Shown here in pieces: positions 1-14,300 of a stretch of 64,000 bases of DNA; position 1 is the stretch's first letter; the number at the start of each line of letters is the position of its first letter. A model generated the notes under the pieces. The model was given only the letters and a program-made list of their open reading frames with translations, searched no databases and was not told the origin of the DNA. Source of the stretch: Antedon mediterranea (taxonomy: Eukaryota > Animalia > Echinodermata); NCBI RefSeq assembly GCF_964355755.1, contig NC_092675.1, positions 15,348,912 to 15,412,911 on the forward strand. The letters run 5' to 3'. The position numbers were made by a program, and so were the translations under genes.

Positions 1-1944
1 GCACTGACAGTCTCGAGTAGCCTAACTGCTGCCTACTTCTGTCTCTAGAAGTAGAGTGTAGTAGGCCTAGGCAGTACACTGCTAGCTAGGGCTACAGTAG
101 ACCACCACCAGAAGGGATGTATTTTTGCTTCTATCATAATGAATTGGTTTAATTTTTAAAGATTTCAACTATCTATTCGGCAGTGAAAATTAAAAAAAAG
201 AAGAAAATCTAAATATTGTTTTGGATGTTTTACTGATGCAATATTTTAAAAATATTTTCTGTATCAAATGCAATAGGTTCAAATTAACATTCCGCAAATA
301 AACATTTTATGCAGATATTTTGACACAAATTTCCTTTTTTTTTAGGTTGATTGATTGAACAATAAGAGCAAGTAGTGAGAAACATAAAATGTATCGTACA
401 GTGGCAACATTCACAATTTATTGAAACGTTTCTTACTATTAAAATGACACTTTGTAATGGATGTGAGCGATCTTAGAAGACTATAGCTGTCGTAATTACT
501 GCCACAATCAACACATTGATAATTAGTAGACAAATTGACACAAAAAACAATACAGGAATTCAATAAGATATACTGTATATATATATTTTATTAACTCCTT
601 TTGCACTGTAATATTTACAGTAAAATTATGAAGTGTAAGTAAATTTGAAGAATTTATCCTGTGTACTGTTGTAGTAGTTTTTTTTTATTTATTGAATGTT
701 ATGTTTACAAAATAATATACTGTACATATAATACAAAAAAAATTATACAATATTTTACAAGCTGGACAAGAACATATTGGCCGAATGCAGCAGGAGAGTC
801 GGAAATATTTTTCCTGCAATATCCAATCATATTCCAATACCGAGTCTATCATTGTTGTCTTTGGGTGACCTCTGTTCCAGTCTTCATCAGCTCAACGTCT
901 TTAAAAAAAGTAAAAGCAAAGTATGAAAATCTGGAAAAAATAGATCATGCATATTTAGTGCAAAATTGGGCTAGTGAAATTGCTTACTTTGACATAGTCA
1001 AATAAGTATACTACCTTTCTATGGTAATTAAAACACATTACTTATAATGTTATAACTTATAAAAAGAGAAAATAAACATTTGACTTACTACAGTACAGAG
1101 AACATTTGTTTGTGTTGTAAAATGGCTAAGCTGGCTTTTCCCCTCTGTCTACTTGTACAGTGCTGCTGAAAGGTTCTCAATTTCAGGCTTGTATTGCAAC
1201 CATTTTCCCTGAAAAATGTTTATTTTATTTTTATCATAAAAATTAGTTAAACAAGCTTCAACTGTAAATATATATGGTACAGCAAGCTGGCTGTATTTTC
1301 GGAATGTAGCTAAGATTGATGGCATATAGCCTAGGCCAGTCTATGAAGAGTACAATGTATAGGGCCTAGCTGGGCATATTCTGCAGGGACCCGATTGTCA
1401 CAGTCTGCTTGCTACTACTAGCCTAGTAATATGCAGCAGCATGTATTAATTATTCTAGGCCTAGCCCTGAACTGAAAAAATCCCAGGCTAAGTTAATTAA
1501 TTTACCTTCCTGTTATTATTGCGTTATATATATTATTATATTTAAAATAACCGTCTAGGCCTACTTACCGACAAATTAACAGCTCAGCTTTACATATTTA
1601 TACGATCAGGCCAGGGAAACCCACAGTCGAGTCGCGTCGATCTCTGGTGGTGGTGTTGTACATACAACGTGCATCGTCCATTGTTAGATCAGATCTCTGC
1701 TGTGTGGATGCTCATTAACATATCATGCATATGTATGAGTTAGCTCTACCGGCCTAATTTCTGAGCCGATGAGTTCGAAAAAATGGTAAACTTATTTTGA
1801 TTTTTTTATAAGCGAAATCAATATTTTTTTCGGATTTTTTTTTGGTGGAAGTGAATAACTTTATGTTAACTACAAAAGGGTCTATTCAAAATTTGATTTT
1901 TTTCATCTTTATTTTTCATTTTTTGGGGGACAATACATCTTTAA
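1..1944. mobile_element. Right part of a probable non-autonomous DNA transposon (Kolobok-like end ...CT|TTAA)
   Basis: Ends GGGGGACAATACATCT-TTAA; interior rich in taggccta motifs; the other end is outside the window so TIR and TSD cannot be paired. Confidence 0.35.
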
Positions 1945-2154
1945 CATATGTGTATGTTTTAAAAAATTTAATGTCAGTAAAATTATAAAAAATTATCACC
2001 TATAATTCGTCAAAGTGACCAATTAAATTCTAGTTATTAATCTTGATTTTTAATATAGGCTTAGTATTTATGTATCAATTCTTGTCATAAAAACTGAATC
2101 GAATCTGAAAGGAAAGCGAAATATAATTTTATTTATGTTATGTCTTGAATGTAG

Positions 2155-2382
2155 ATTCATCGTAGAATACAGCATGATGACGGACGAGGTGTTGGTGAAC
2201 CACTAAATGAGACTGGACAGTTTGGAGATGGTCTAATCATACGTGGCAAACACTTTGTATTGTTGTCGTCACCGGCTAAATCAGCGAGTCTTCATCGTAA
2301 CTTAGCTGAACAACTTTACATGGCACCATCTATATCTTTCTTTAAGGCTTCTGCTGATTGGCAAATAAAATACAATTTAAGT
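2155..2382 (+). CDS. MAN2B1: alpha-mannosidase exon (IHRRIQHDDGRGVGEPLNETG...KYNLS)
   Basis: gtag acceptor, 228 nt open frame, gtgagt donor; HRR..DD.RGV.EPL motif. Confidence 0.93.
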
Positions 2383-5300
2383 GTGAGTCATTCTTAACCT
2401 TTTTGAATAGTAAAAGTCAACAAATTACAATAATAAAAATATATATATTTATATTTTTCAATTCTATTCCTTTGAGAATTCTAATATAAAAAAATAACAA
2501 TTCTTTATGTTAAACCAGTAATTAAATACATTGTGCGATGTATATTTTGTCATTTTACAGGGTTCATTCTTGCATAAAAATCTTCCTGCTAATGTGCATC
2601 TTTTGACTCTTGAATTATGGGATAGTAACACTGCACTTATTCGTCTTGAGCATCAGTATGAGAAGGATGAAGACCCAGACTTGTCAACAAATGTTACTGT
2701 GTCATTCAAGGTAATTACAATAAAGCTAGTTTGTAAAAAAAATGTATTTACAGTACCAACTACAAAAAATCTACCTTGCAGACATTTAAACAGTGTTTAG
2801 CCGGCCAACCGTATCAACTGATCGCATCGTTGGAGTTTTAATTAATTACATGTATCCCTGGAACATAATGCATTTCATAATTCACTGTTACAGTATCTCA
2901 GTGAGTAAAATGCTGTGGCCATTGATATCAATGCTCAGTATAGTCGAGTTTGAATCTGCAAAACGTGTAAACAAAAAGTATCACCGCTTAAAGGAAAGGG
3001 ACACCCTAATATTTTACTTAACTATTATAAAAGTAACCCTACCAACAAAACTATACCACAAGTTAATTACAAAAGTAGGAAATAAGATAACAAAGCTCCG
3101 ACAAAAAAAATATCAAAACCATTGACATTTTTAAAAATGTAAATGAATAAACACACACAAACAAAACAAATGCAAGTGGCTTGATTTTTGTTGAACATGA
3201 AAACAACTTACCATGTACCTATTACCACCACATTTACAGAAAACAATTAATTAACAATAAATATAACAATGTGTGAGCAATATGAGGTCATTTGTATGAT
3301 TTTGGTTGTGTTTCCGCAGCAATGTATTTTTCATAGGATTTATGTCTACTTTTTTGTTTTATCTATAGGTAAATGTGAATAATACACCGCAAAAAACTCT
3401 GAAATATAATAATAATAATAATTTATTGGCACTGCACTTTTTTAATCAGTGGCACACTTCAACTTGTGGAGGCACGTCCAAAGAAACAAAATATAACAAT
3501 AAAAAAAATTAAAAAAATGGAAATGTACATTCCTACTAAAAAACAACGACTAAAATTAACAGATATAGTACAGACAAAAATATGTATAAACATATGTATA
3601 AATCTGTTTTTGTGATGGTAAAAAAACACTCCATCGATCCTAAGATTGGACCTCATTTGGCACGGGTTAATCCAGTTCCAGGCAGATTTTACTTCTTACC
3701 TAAAATCTACAAAGCAGGCAATCCTGGTAGACCCATTATTTCGGGCAATGGCACTGCTACAGAGAAAATTTCTGAATATGTGGATGATACTTAGACCATA
3801 TGTAATATCCCTTCATACATTCATAATCCGGTGGCAGGAGGGGGAAATCACCACCCGAAAGGGGACAAATTGCCATCAAACTTTTCTAGACCAGAATTTT
3901 CCGTAGATTACGAATATGGAAGGTAATCGATCAGGATAGGAAGCGTTTTCGAGATATAAGGGGTCAAAGTTCAAAATTGACCAATTACAACAAAGTATGT
4001 ATATGTATTATAACAAATTTATTGAAGCACAATTTGGTCTTTTATTACATTTTTATGATTATAGGTGTCTATTCAAACACCTTATGAAAAAAAAAATCCT
4101 TTGTGATTAAGGGTCAAATGTCAATATTGACCTATAAAACCAAATAAAAACTAATGTTTAATAAAAATTGGATGTTTTCTCATCCTGTTAATCAATCATA
4201 CGCAATGTAAAAGAGTGAATGCATCATTTCATCAGTTGACATAAGGTCAATTTCCTCAGTTGACGTAAGGTCAAAGGTCAACATTTTAATACGCGTATTA
4301 GTTAAAAACACATAAATGCAAAGTTGTCCAAACTATGATAGTGATGGTTTTACAAGTAATCATATTATTTGATCAGTAAAGTTATGTTATTTCATTATAA
4401 TTTGGATTAATATAATTATAATACTGTATTTCATCAAATCAGACTTCGATCAGGATAGGAAGCGAATAGGAAGAGATAAGGGGTCAACGTTCAAAATTGA
4501 TAAATTATAACAATTTATTATATACATATGTATTATAACCAATTTATTGAAGTTCAATTTGGTCTTTTATTACATTTGTATGGTTATATAGGTATCTATT
4601 CAGTCACCTTATATAAAACAAATACTTTGCAATTAAAGGTCAATGTCAATATTGACCAATTACAAATCATCAATCATACACAATCAAAAGAGCACATTCA
4701 TCATTACACCAGTTGACATAGGTCAAAGGTCAACATTTGAACAAGTAAATAATGCAAAGTTATTCAAACTATGAGATTATTTGATCAGTGAAGTTATGGT
4801 ATTTTTTCTAGTGCGCATTATTTTAAATGTATTATAATACTGTAAAATAAATAATAAAATTAATATTATATTAACTGTTAAAATGTTATGATGTTAAAAT
4901 GTTACGCTGACCTTCAATGATTTGCCACTACACAGTATTTATTAGGGCTACAATATTCGTTTTTGAAAAATAAAATATTATTAATCTGAACCAGAGAATA
5001 ATCAGATCCAGGTCACTACACATACTGACCACAATTTGTATATAGCCACAGTTAGTTTGGATTCTAAAATAACCCATATAAATTTGGCCGAATGAACCCT
5101 CTAAGGACCCTTTTGGAAACTCTATGTTGTGTCACTTAACTCTTCCCTGGTGGTGTGCTACATAAGACCGTGTATTATAAATTAATATTGGGTAAATAGT
5201 TCATAGATGAACTATAGAATAAAACTAAATGTGCACCCTCAATTTTAAAATAACATTTATGGATTTGCCCAAATGAACCCAAGGGCCGACCTTCATGGAC

Positions 5301-8300
5301 CTTTCGGGGTTCTCTATGTGGGGCTACAACAGACCCTATTGGAAATACTGTATGTGTGGTGAAAAAGTGGGTTCATAGAAATATAATTAATATCCCTGTG
5401 CACCCTCGATCATCCATAAGGATCATTTATGGATTTGCCAAAATTAACCCAAGGACCGGTCATCCTCCATGGATGGACATTATAAGCCCCATAATGGACA
5501 TATAAGGGGTGACACTGTGGGTTAATAGACAGGCGGGGCCCATGGAATAAAGCTGTGCACTCTTGATTCTTAAGGAACCCATATGGATTTTGCTTAAAAT
5601 GAAACAACTTGTCATCTATTTAGACCCTTCTGTGGTTCTCTACTGTATGTTTAGTCCCTGTATCGGATCAATGCATTTTGCTACATTTAAGTTACTGTGT
5701 TAGAAATATATCGGGTAACTAAACTGTGGGTTCCAAGATTAAGCCATGGGAAAAGCCTGTCTGTGCACCTATAATCCTTTTAAAAGGAACCCATATGGAT
5801 TTGCCAAAATGAACCAAGGGTAACTTCTGGATTCTCTATGAGCCGTACATTCGGTTTAATTAGAGATACATGGATAAAAATAATACCTGAATGAAATTGC
5901 TCAAATGTTTCTGAAAGACTGTATAGTAGTATTCCCCTTCCACACCTCTTTGAATTAAATCTGCCCCGATAAGCTCTTATGTACAGGATTTCAAAGCAAT
6001 AATCACATCTATTAGATTGAATAAAATTAGCTATTATAAACATTAGAAATCTCTATGCCATGTCGTTATTTAGATGAGAAAAACAGGTCAAAGGTTAAAA
6101 TTACAGAAAAATAGGTGTTTCAGTCACTTTTTGAAAAAAATGTTGCATTATGGCAAGTATAAACATATATATTGCGAATAATTTGACACCAAAATATATC
6201 TATATCTCTATTAAGTTATGTTATTATAACCTTACTCAATTATGTAAAAGGTCAATAACAACACTTCCGGTCATTTTCAAGCAATATCATCTGTTACACT
6301 GAATATAAATGTATATTTTGAGAACAATTTTCTGCTATTTTTAATTCTCTCCGACCTGCCGTTACTTAGATATAGCTAAAAGAGGTCAAAGGTCAAAATT
6401 GCTAAAAATGGGGGTTCGAGTCAATTTTACAAAGAAAGTTCTGTTAGAGCTAATATAAACATATACATTTTGAACAATTTGACACCAAAATTATCTCATT
6501 ACGTCCAGTATTTCCAGAGATATAGCATGTTTTATAAAAAAAAATAGCGACCATTTTGTTTATGCTAATTATGCAAATTGCTCAATACTGACAGCTGTCC
6601 AGTAAAAAAATATATTCATTCTGATGGTATCGAGATTCAAAATCCATCAACAACAACAAAAAAAGTATAGAAAACATTGCAAGGTTAAACCCCTTGGCTG
6701 CCAAACTATAGGTACGTTCTATGATTGGTCAATATTGACATTTGACCCTTATTCACAAAGGTTTTTTTTTTTTTATGATTGAAGATGATTGAATAGATAC
6801 CTATAATCATAAAAATGGAATAAAAGACAAAATTGTGCTTCAATAAATTTTTTATAATACATATACATAATACATTGTTGTAATTGGTCAATTTTGAACT
6901 TTGACCCCTTATATCTCGAAAACGCTTCCTATCCTGATCGATTACCTTCCATATTCGTAATCTACGGAAAATTCTGGTCTAGAAAAGTTGGATGGCAATT
7001 TGTCCCCTTTTGGGTGGTGATACCCCCCCCCCCCCCCCCTCCTGCCACCGGACTATCAGAACGCCACGGACTTTATCTGCAAAACTAACCAAATTCAAAA
7101 TTTACCTAATAATTCTGTTCTGGCTACATTAGATGTTTCATCGTTGTATACTAATATTCCTCACTAAGAAGGAGCCGACCCATGCACTTTAAATTACAAA
7201 CAAATTTTTGGCAAAACTCCTAAAGCTCATTTACGAGAACTGGTCATATTGATTTTAACCAACAACAATTTTATTTTTGCCAATGACCATTACCTCCAAA
7301 TTCATGGCACAAAAATGGCTCCATCTTTTGCAAATTTATTTATGGGACAATTTGAGGCCAATTTTCTGTCCCTCCAGCCTAATAAACCACTTGTTTGGTT
7401 TAGATACATTGACGACATCTTCATGATCTGGACCCATGGTGAAGATAATCTGGATTTATTTCTTCTGAATATTAATTCAGCCCACCCAACTATCAAATTT
7501 ACAGCTACTAAATCCACTAGTAGCGTTGACTTTTTGGACCCTATAGTGACCATAGAAAATGGTACACTAAAAACTGACTTATTCTGTAAACCTACGGATA
7601 AAAATATGTACCTGCTACCTAGCAGTTGTCATCCCTGACACTGTACTAAAAACATACCGTACAGTCAAGCATTTACGTATCTGACATATCTGTTCTTCAG
7701 ATTTAGATTTTCAGAATCGTACAGAACTCACCGGACATCTCCGGAATAGAAATTACAAGAAGGAATACATTGAAACTGCTATAAAGAAAGCAAAAGATAT
7801 TCCTCGATGTCGGACACTGACGTACAAACCACGTCAGCCAAAATCGACCAGAGTGCCATTAGTCACAACCTATCACCATAGGTAGCCTCCATTACGGACT
7901 ATTATTGAGAAACATATGCCCATTCTACAGTCTATAGAACATCTCAGGACTGTTTTTCCAGAACCACCCATTATTGCATTTCGTAGACCTCCCAACCTTT
8001 GTGATATATTAGTAAGATCCAAATTTAAGAATGAAATTAACTCTCAAAATTGGGCAGTCACCTTTGCGGCAAAACTTGTTCATTGGTTTACTGCTGACAA
8101 ATTTAAGAGTAACCAAACTGGCTGCATTTTTCGGATAAGACAATCAATTAATTGTCTAACCAAAACAAAACTGAAACAAAAAACACAAAAAATTTCAGAG
8201 TTATTGCAATAGGTCATGATGTCAAATGGAGCGACAAAACTCGCAAAGACAAAGAAAACCACTGGGAATTACAACTTAAAACCACAAAACCTTTTGGACT

Positions 8301-11300
8301 TAACATTAGGAAAAAACTCCCAAAATTTAAGTTTCAATAACCACCATTTAAGCTGTTTTTTAGTTTCACTCCAAAATTGTTTATATCTCTACTCTTATTC
8401 AGACTCCACCCTGTCACATTTTGTTGTATTTCTTTTATTCCTGTCCCAGGCGTTCCAACCCTCCCGATTTATCCGGGAGTCTCCCGAATTTTAACATCAC
8501 CTCCCGGTCTCCCGAATTTTAAATATATCTCCCGATTTCACACATTTCTATAAAATTCAGTATTATTTCCCACGAAAGTTAATATTACAAATTAATTTAA
8601 TCTCACACATCGTACGTACCACCCCGTATGATACAACGAAAATGTAATGTATGTAAAGATTGTATAGCATAGTACAGCGTACTGTAAGGCGACGTCCTTT
8701 GTGTTTACCGATAGTACGCGATTCTTACCTTTAGCGATAAAGCTACAGTATCGCTTTATCAGTAGAGTAGGCGCACGTGTACTGAAACTTTTTCCTGGTT
8801 ACAAGTTTGACCTAATTCCCATGCCCAGGGAAGGCATCATTGTCAGTGTAGTAGTAGTAGTACTACACAGCAAAATTCTGATTCTTGTTTTAAGAAAAAA
8901 AAAACTTGTTTCAAGCAAAATATTTCTTGAAACAAGTAAATTTTGACTTGTCCGTATTTCAATACTTTTTGGCTTACCAAGAATCGTAAAATTCTTAACA
9001 AGAATCACACAAATTCTTATCAAGAAAATTATTCTTACCAAGAAATAATACTTTAAGAACAATATTCTTACCAAGAATTTAATTGCTTTTTTCATTCTTG
9101 TTTTAAGCAGTATCTGCCTTAAAATAAGTAACAATTTATCGATTTTTTAAAATAGAATTCTTGTTTCAAGCAATATTTTTCTTAAAATAAGTAAGAATAT
9201 TCCGATTTGTATTTTTTTGAATTCTTGTTTCAAGCAATATATTTCTTAAAATAAGTAAGAATATTCCGATTTGTATTTTATAGAATTCTTGTTTCAAGCA
9301 ATATATTTCTTAAAATAAGTAAGAATATTCCGATTTGTATTTTTTTGAATTCTTGTTTCAAGCAAGATATTTCTTAAAATAAGTAAGAATATTCCGATTT
9401 GTATTTTATAGAATTCTTGTTTCAAGCAATATATTTCTTAAAATAAGTAAGAATATTCCGATTTGTATTTTTTTGAATTCTTGTTTCAAGCAAGATATTT
9501 CTTAAAATAAGTAAGAATATTCCGATTTTTATTTTTTGAATTCTTGTTTCAAGCAATATTTTTCTTAAAATAAGTAAGAATATTCCGATTTGTATTTTTT
9601 GAATTCTTGTTTCAAGCAATATTTTTCTTAAAATAAGTAAGAATATTCCGATTTGTATTTTTTGAATTCTTGTTTCAAGCAATTTTTTTCTTAAAATAAG
9701 TAAGAATATTCCGATTTGTATTTTTTGAATTCTTGTTTCAAGCAAAATATTTCTTAAAATAAGTAAGAATATTCCGATTTTTATTTGTAGAATTATTGTT
9801 TCAAGCAATATTTTTCTTAAAATAAGTAAGAATATTCCGATTTGTATTTTTTAGAATTCTTGTTTTAAGCAATATTTTTCTTAAAATAAGTAAGAATATT
9901 CCGATTTTTAATTTTAATATTCTTGTTTCAAGCAATATATTTCTTAAAATAAGTAAGAATATTCCGATTTGTATTTTTTGAATTCTTGTTTCAAGCAATA
10001 TTTTTCTTAAAATAAGTAAGAATATTCCGATTTGTATTTTTTGAATTCTTGTTTCAAGCAATATTTTTCTTAAAATAAGTAAGAATATTCCGATTTGTAT
10101 TTTTTGAATTCTTGTTTCAAGCAATATATTTCTTAAAATAAGTAAGAATATTCCGATTTTTATTTGTAGAATTCTTGTTTCAAGCAATATTTTTCTTAAA
10201 ATAAGTAAGAATATTCCGGTTTGTATTTTTTAGAATTCTTGTTTTAAGCAATATTTTTCTTAAAATAAGTAAGAATATTCCGATTTATATTTTTAGTTTT
10301 CTTGTTTCAAGCAATATATTTCTTAAAATAAGTAAGAATATTCCGATTTTTATTTGTAGAATTCTTGTTTCAAGCAAAACTTTTTTAAAAATAAGTAAAC
10401 AAGAAGTCTATCAAATAAAAACCAGTAAATGTTTACTTATTTTAAGAAAAGTATTGCTTGAAACAAGAATTCTATCAAATTAAAATTCGTAAATTCTTAC
10501 TTATATTGGGAAAAAAATTGCTTGAAACAAGAATTCTATAAAATATAAATCATTAAAAATTTATTTTAAGTTATTTTAAGAACGATAAATGAATACTCAT
10601 TTTAAGAAATATTTTACTTAAACAAATAAATTCAAGAATGTTATAAAACATAATATTAACAATACTACTGTTATTTTCATTAAGAACTACAATTTACATG
10701 ACATTAGGTACAATAATATATACAACTTCTTTAAAACAAACTTGTTTTTATTAATAATAAAATGCCATCAAAAGAAAACTTAAAAACATTAAAATGGTAA
10801 AATACAAATTTCGTAAAATTCTTCTCCCGCACCTGGGCTTTAAACTAATAGGTGTCCTTAAATTTATTAATGTATACTAATGATGATTCAACAGCCTTTG
10901 TCAAGTGTACAGGTGTGTTTTCATCACAAATCAGTAACTGTTAAAGGATAGTGATGCCTACTTCTTTTCATTTTGGATAATCGAAATCCAGAAGGTAAAA
11001 AGTGGAGAGGAGAGTAACTAGAGCCTCATCTAATTTTGCTTTCTTTGTAGTTAGAATTGTTTGCTAAACTTTAATGTAGGCCATTTCTGTGTCCAAAAGC
11101 AATACCGGCATATTACCTGATCGGCGTGAAGACCAGGATTCTGGATCTTTATTCATGTTCCTAAAAATGAAAAGAGATTAATATAGTTTTAGTTATTACT
11201 GTATTTAAAATATGTGTAACATCATCAACTAATTGGGTACGGTGTGGTTTTAGAGTCCTATATCTGGGGCGGTAAACACAAAAACATGACGCAATATTAG

Positions 11301-14300
11301 AACGGTGGTAAGAATAATTTTACATTATAAGACATAAGGGTGGGTGGAATATGCATTTGAACTTTTTAATCACAAACTTTGCCCTGTTTATACCGATCCC
11401 AAAGACAGGCCTGGCTGTATCTATTATTTTTAGTTAAATTATTAGGGTCTAAATTTATTTTTAATATTACTATTTAGGAAGACAATACGCAAAACGGTGC
11501 TCAATCCTGATTGATGTTTTTATTCCGTATCAATGTTTATAATAACAATCATACAATTAAATGTAAATTTTGTTTAATTGTTTGATTATGACACATGTTT
11601 GTTGCAGTCCGAAAAAAAGCGATAAGTTCGTGCCAGTAAACTGAAGTAGGTACAGTATTTGCTAAGGCATTATAATTCAATTCATGGAAATACTCCGAAT
11701 TTTCGAGTAACATGTGGAATTGGTGGTTCGCTGCCCGGCAAGCTTTGGAATTTACAATTCGTTTTACAAGCATGTCATAAGACGCCATTTTAAGGACGAG
11801 TATAACAATCGGCAACCTCCTGCTGTTGACGATGGAAACATCAGTATATAAGTATGCCTGGAGAAAACGAGGATGCCAATTGAGGATGAAGTAGAACTAG
11901 GCCTAGACTAGGAGACTGACGAAGTTAATGAAGAAAAAAACTATTATAACGGGGATGATTTATCAACTGACGATAGTAGTAGTGATAATTCTAGTATTGT
12001 TATACTGTTAATGATTGTTTAATATTAATGATCTTGTTGATGCTCAGCAAGAAGGCCTACTAACTAGAGGATGAACAAGCAGATAATAGTATAAAAAATG
12101 CTGATTTCTTTCTACTAAAATTAAAGGAGAGAAACAAGATTCCACAGGTAAGCCATTTTGCTTTAAAATTACAACAATTATGCATTTTAAACTATTTTTT
12201 ATTAGAGAAATACGTCTATTTCCTAGGCCTTGCTGGTACTGTTATTATACAGGACTATTAGCTATAATAGTAACTATAGGACTTGGGTACTAGGCCTAGG
12301 CATTATACATGCTAAGTTTATGTTGCATTTTTTTGTGACCAATTTCATTGTTACAAATAACATTTTTTTTGTTAGGCTGCATAGCTCCCCAACTAAAGCA
12401 CAACTTAGTTTTTAAACATATTAAAACTTGAATATAAAAAATATTAAATCAATATTATTTTCTTTAGGTTGCAGTGCAATCGATTATTCAAAGCACAAAC
12501 AGTTTGATTACCCAGATTCTTTCATCAGTTGAAACTGAAGTGCTAACTGCTCTACCGTTGTGTGAATATAAGGATATTGACAATCTATTTTAAGTAAAAC
12601 ATTTCTCAAAATAAGTATTTTTAAGAATATTAAAATAGAATTGACTTCAATTCAAGCAAAAATAGTCTTGATAGGATAATAGTATGATATTGACTTCTTA
12701 TCTTAAGTAAAACATTTCTCAAAATAAGTATTTTTAAAAATATTGCGAATCTCAATTTAAGCAAAAATAGTCTTGATAAGATAGTATGATATTGACTTCT
12801 TATTTTAAGTAAAACATTTCTCAAAATAAATATTTTAAAGAATATTGCGAATCTTGATTCAAGTAAAAATAGTCTTGATAAGATAGTATGATATTGACTT
12901 CTTATTTTAAGTAAAACATTTCTCAAAATCAGAATATTGCGAATCTGAATTCAAGCAAAAATAGTCTTGATAGGATAGTATGATATTGACTTCTTATTTT
13001 AAGTAAAACATTTTTCAAAATAAGTATTTTTAAAAATATTGCGAATCTTGATTCAAGTAAAAATAGTCTTGATAAGATAGTATGATATTGACTTCTTATT
13101 TTAAGTAAAACATTTCTCAAAATCAGAATATTGCGAATCTGAATTCAAGCAAAAATAGTCTTGATAGGATAGTATGATATTGACTTCTTATTTTAAGTAA
13201 AACATTTTTCAAAATAAGTATTTTTAAAAATATTGCGAATCTCAATTTAAGCAAAAATAGTCTTGATAAGATAGTATGATATTGACTTCTTATTTTAAGT
13301 AAAACATTTCTCGAAATAAGTATTTTTAAGAATATTGCGAATCTTGATTCAAGTAAAAATAGTCTTGATAAGATAGTATGATATTGACTTCTTATTTTAA
13401 GTAAAACATTTCTCAAAATAAGTATGTTTTAAAATATTGCGAATCTCAATTTAAGCAAAAATAGTCTTGATAAGATAGTATGATATTGACTTCTTATTTT
13501 AAGTAAAACATTTCTCAAAATAAGTATTTTTATGAATATTGCGAAACCTAATTTAAGAAACTTTGTCTTACCTAGAAAAATATTTATTGTTTTAAGTAAT
13601 TTTTAGAATTCATCAATCTTGATTTAAGAAAAATTATTCTTGATAGGGATAAATATAATATTGATTTCTTATTTTAAGTAAAATACTTTTCAAATTAAGT
13701 ATTTTCAAATCTTGTTTTAAGCAAAACTATTCTTAATAAGAAGAGAATGATATTGACTTCTTATTTTAAGTAAAATATTTCTTGTAATAAGCATTTTCAA
13801 GAATATTGCAAAACTTAATTTAAGAAAATGTGTCTTTTCTAGAAAATTATTTCTTGTTTTAAGTAATTTTAAATCTTGACAAGAAAAAAAATACTTATTT
13901 TAAGAATTTTTTCTTAAAACAAGATTTTTTTTTCTTGCTTAGAATTTCAAATTTTGCTGTGTATGCGACGTCCTTTGTGTTTACCGACAGTACGCGATGA
14001 ATCTACAGTATCAGTAGTAGGCGCGCGTGTACTGAAATTGCTAGTTACAAGTTCTTTGACCCAATTCCAATGCCCAGGCATCGATCGTACCATCGTACAG
14101 TACTGTATGTATTCTCACTGCGCATGTACCGGAAAAGTACTTGTAGTACTGTATTTTGCGTACATACTTTCGCGAATTGCAATCACTCATGAAATTTTCT
14201 GGTTTTACAGTGTGTCGGAAAAACGTAGTAGCGTAGTTTTAGAGACTAAAGAAAGTTGTAAAGAAAGTTGTAAGGGTATACAACAATATAAAGTTAGTAA

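Larger units (their letters stand above)
8866..13961. mobile_element. EnSpm/CACTA-like element with expanded subterminal arrays
   Basis: TIRs CACAGCAAAATT / AATTTTGCTGTG flanked by TA on both sides; coding relic on - strand near 10975-11060 (LDEALVTLLSTFYLLDFDYP). Confidence 0.75.

Noticed and set aside
661-1005. 114-aa ORF and the many other 60-130-aa ORFs in AT-rich stretches
   Set aside because: Low-complexity I/F/L/K/N composition, often non-ATG starts, no recognisable motifs or splice support.
7636-7638. In-frame TGA in the Naiad-type RT as possible selenocysteine (some Naiads are selenoproteins)
   Set aside because: It falls in SSCHP*HC at a non-Cys position best explained by CGA-to-TGA decay; the element also has TAA/TAG stops and frameshifts, and I found no convincing SECIS.
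9157-10395. Regular repeat array resembling a CRISPR array or a repeat protein (21-aa periodic ORFs)
   Set aside because: Units are head-to-tail with no unique spacers, no cas genes are present, the context is eukaryotic, and the ORFs arise only because 63 is divisible by 3.
12630-13416. Three similar ORFs beginning MRNVLLKIRSQYH
   Set aside because: They are translations of the 102-bp satellite, not genes.
8689-14080. Diverged direct repeat of about 140 bp at 8689-8830 and 13965-14080 as LTRs of the intervening element
   Set aside because: No TG..CA ends, PBS or PPT; the intervening element has its own CACAG TIRs and TA flanks, so the repeat belongs to the hAT 5' region.
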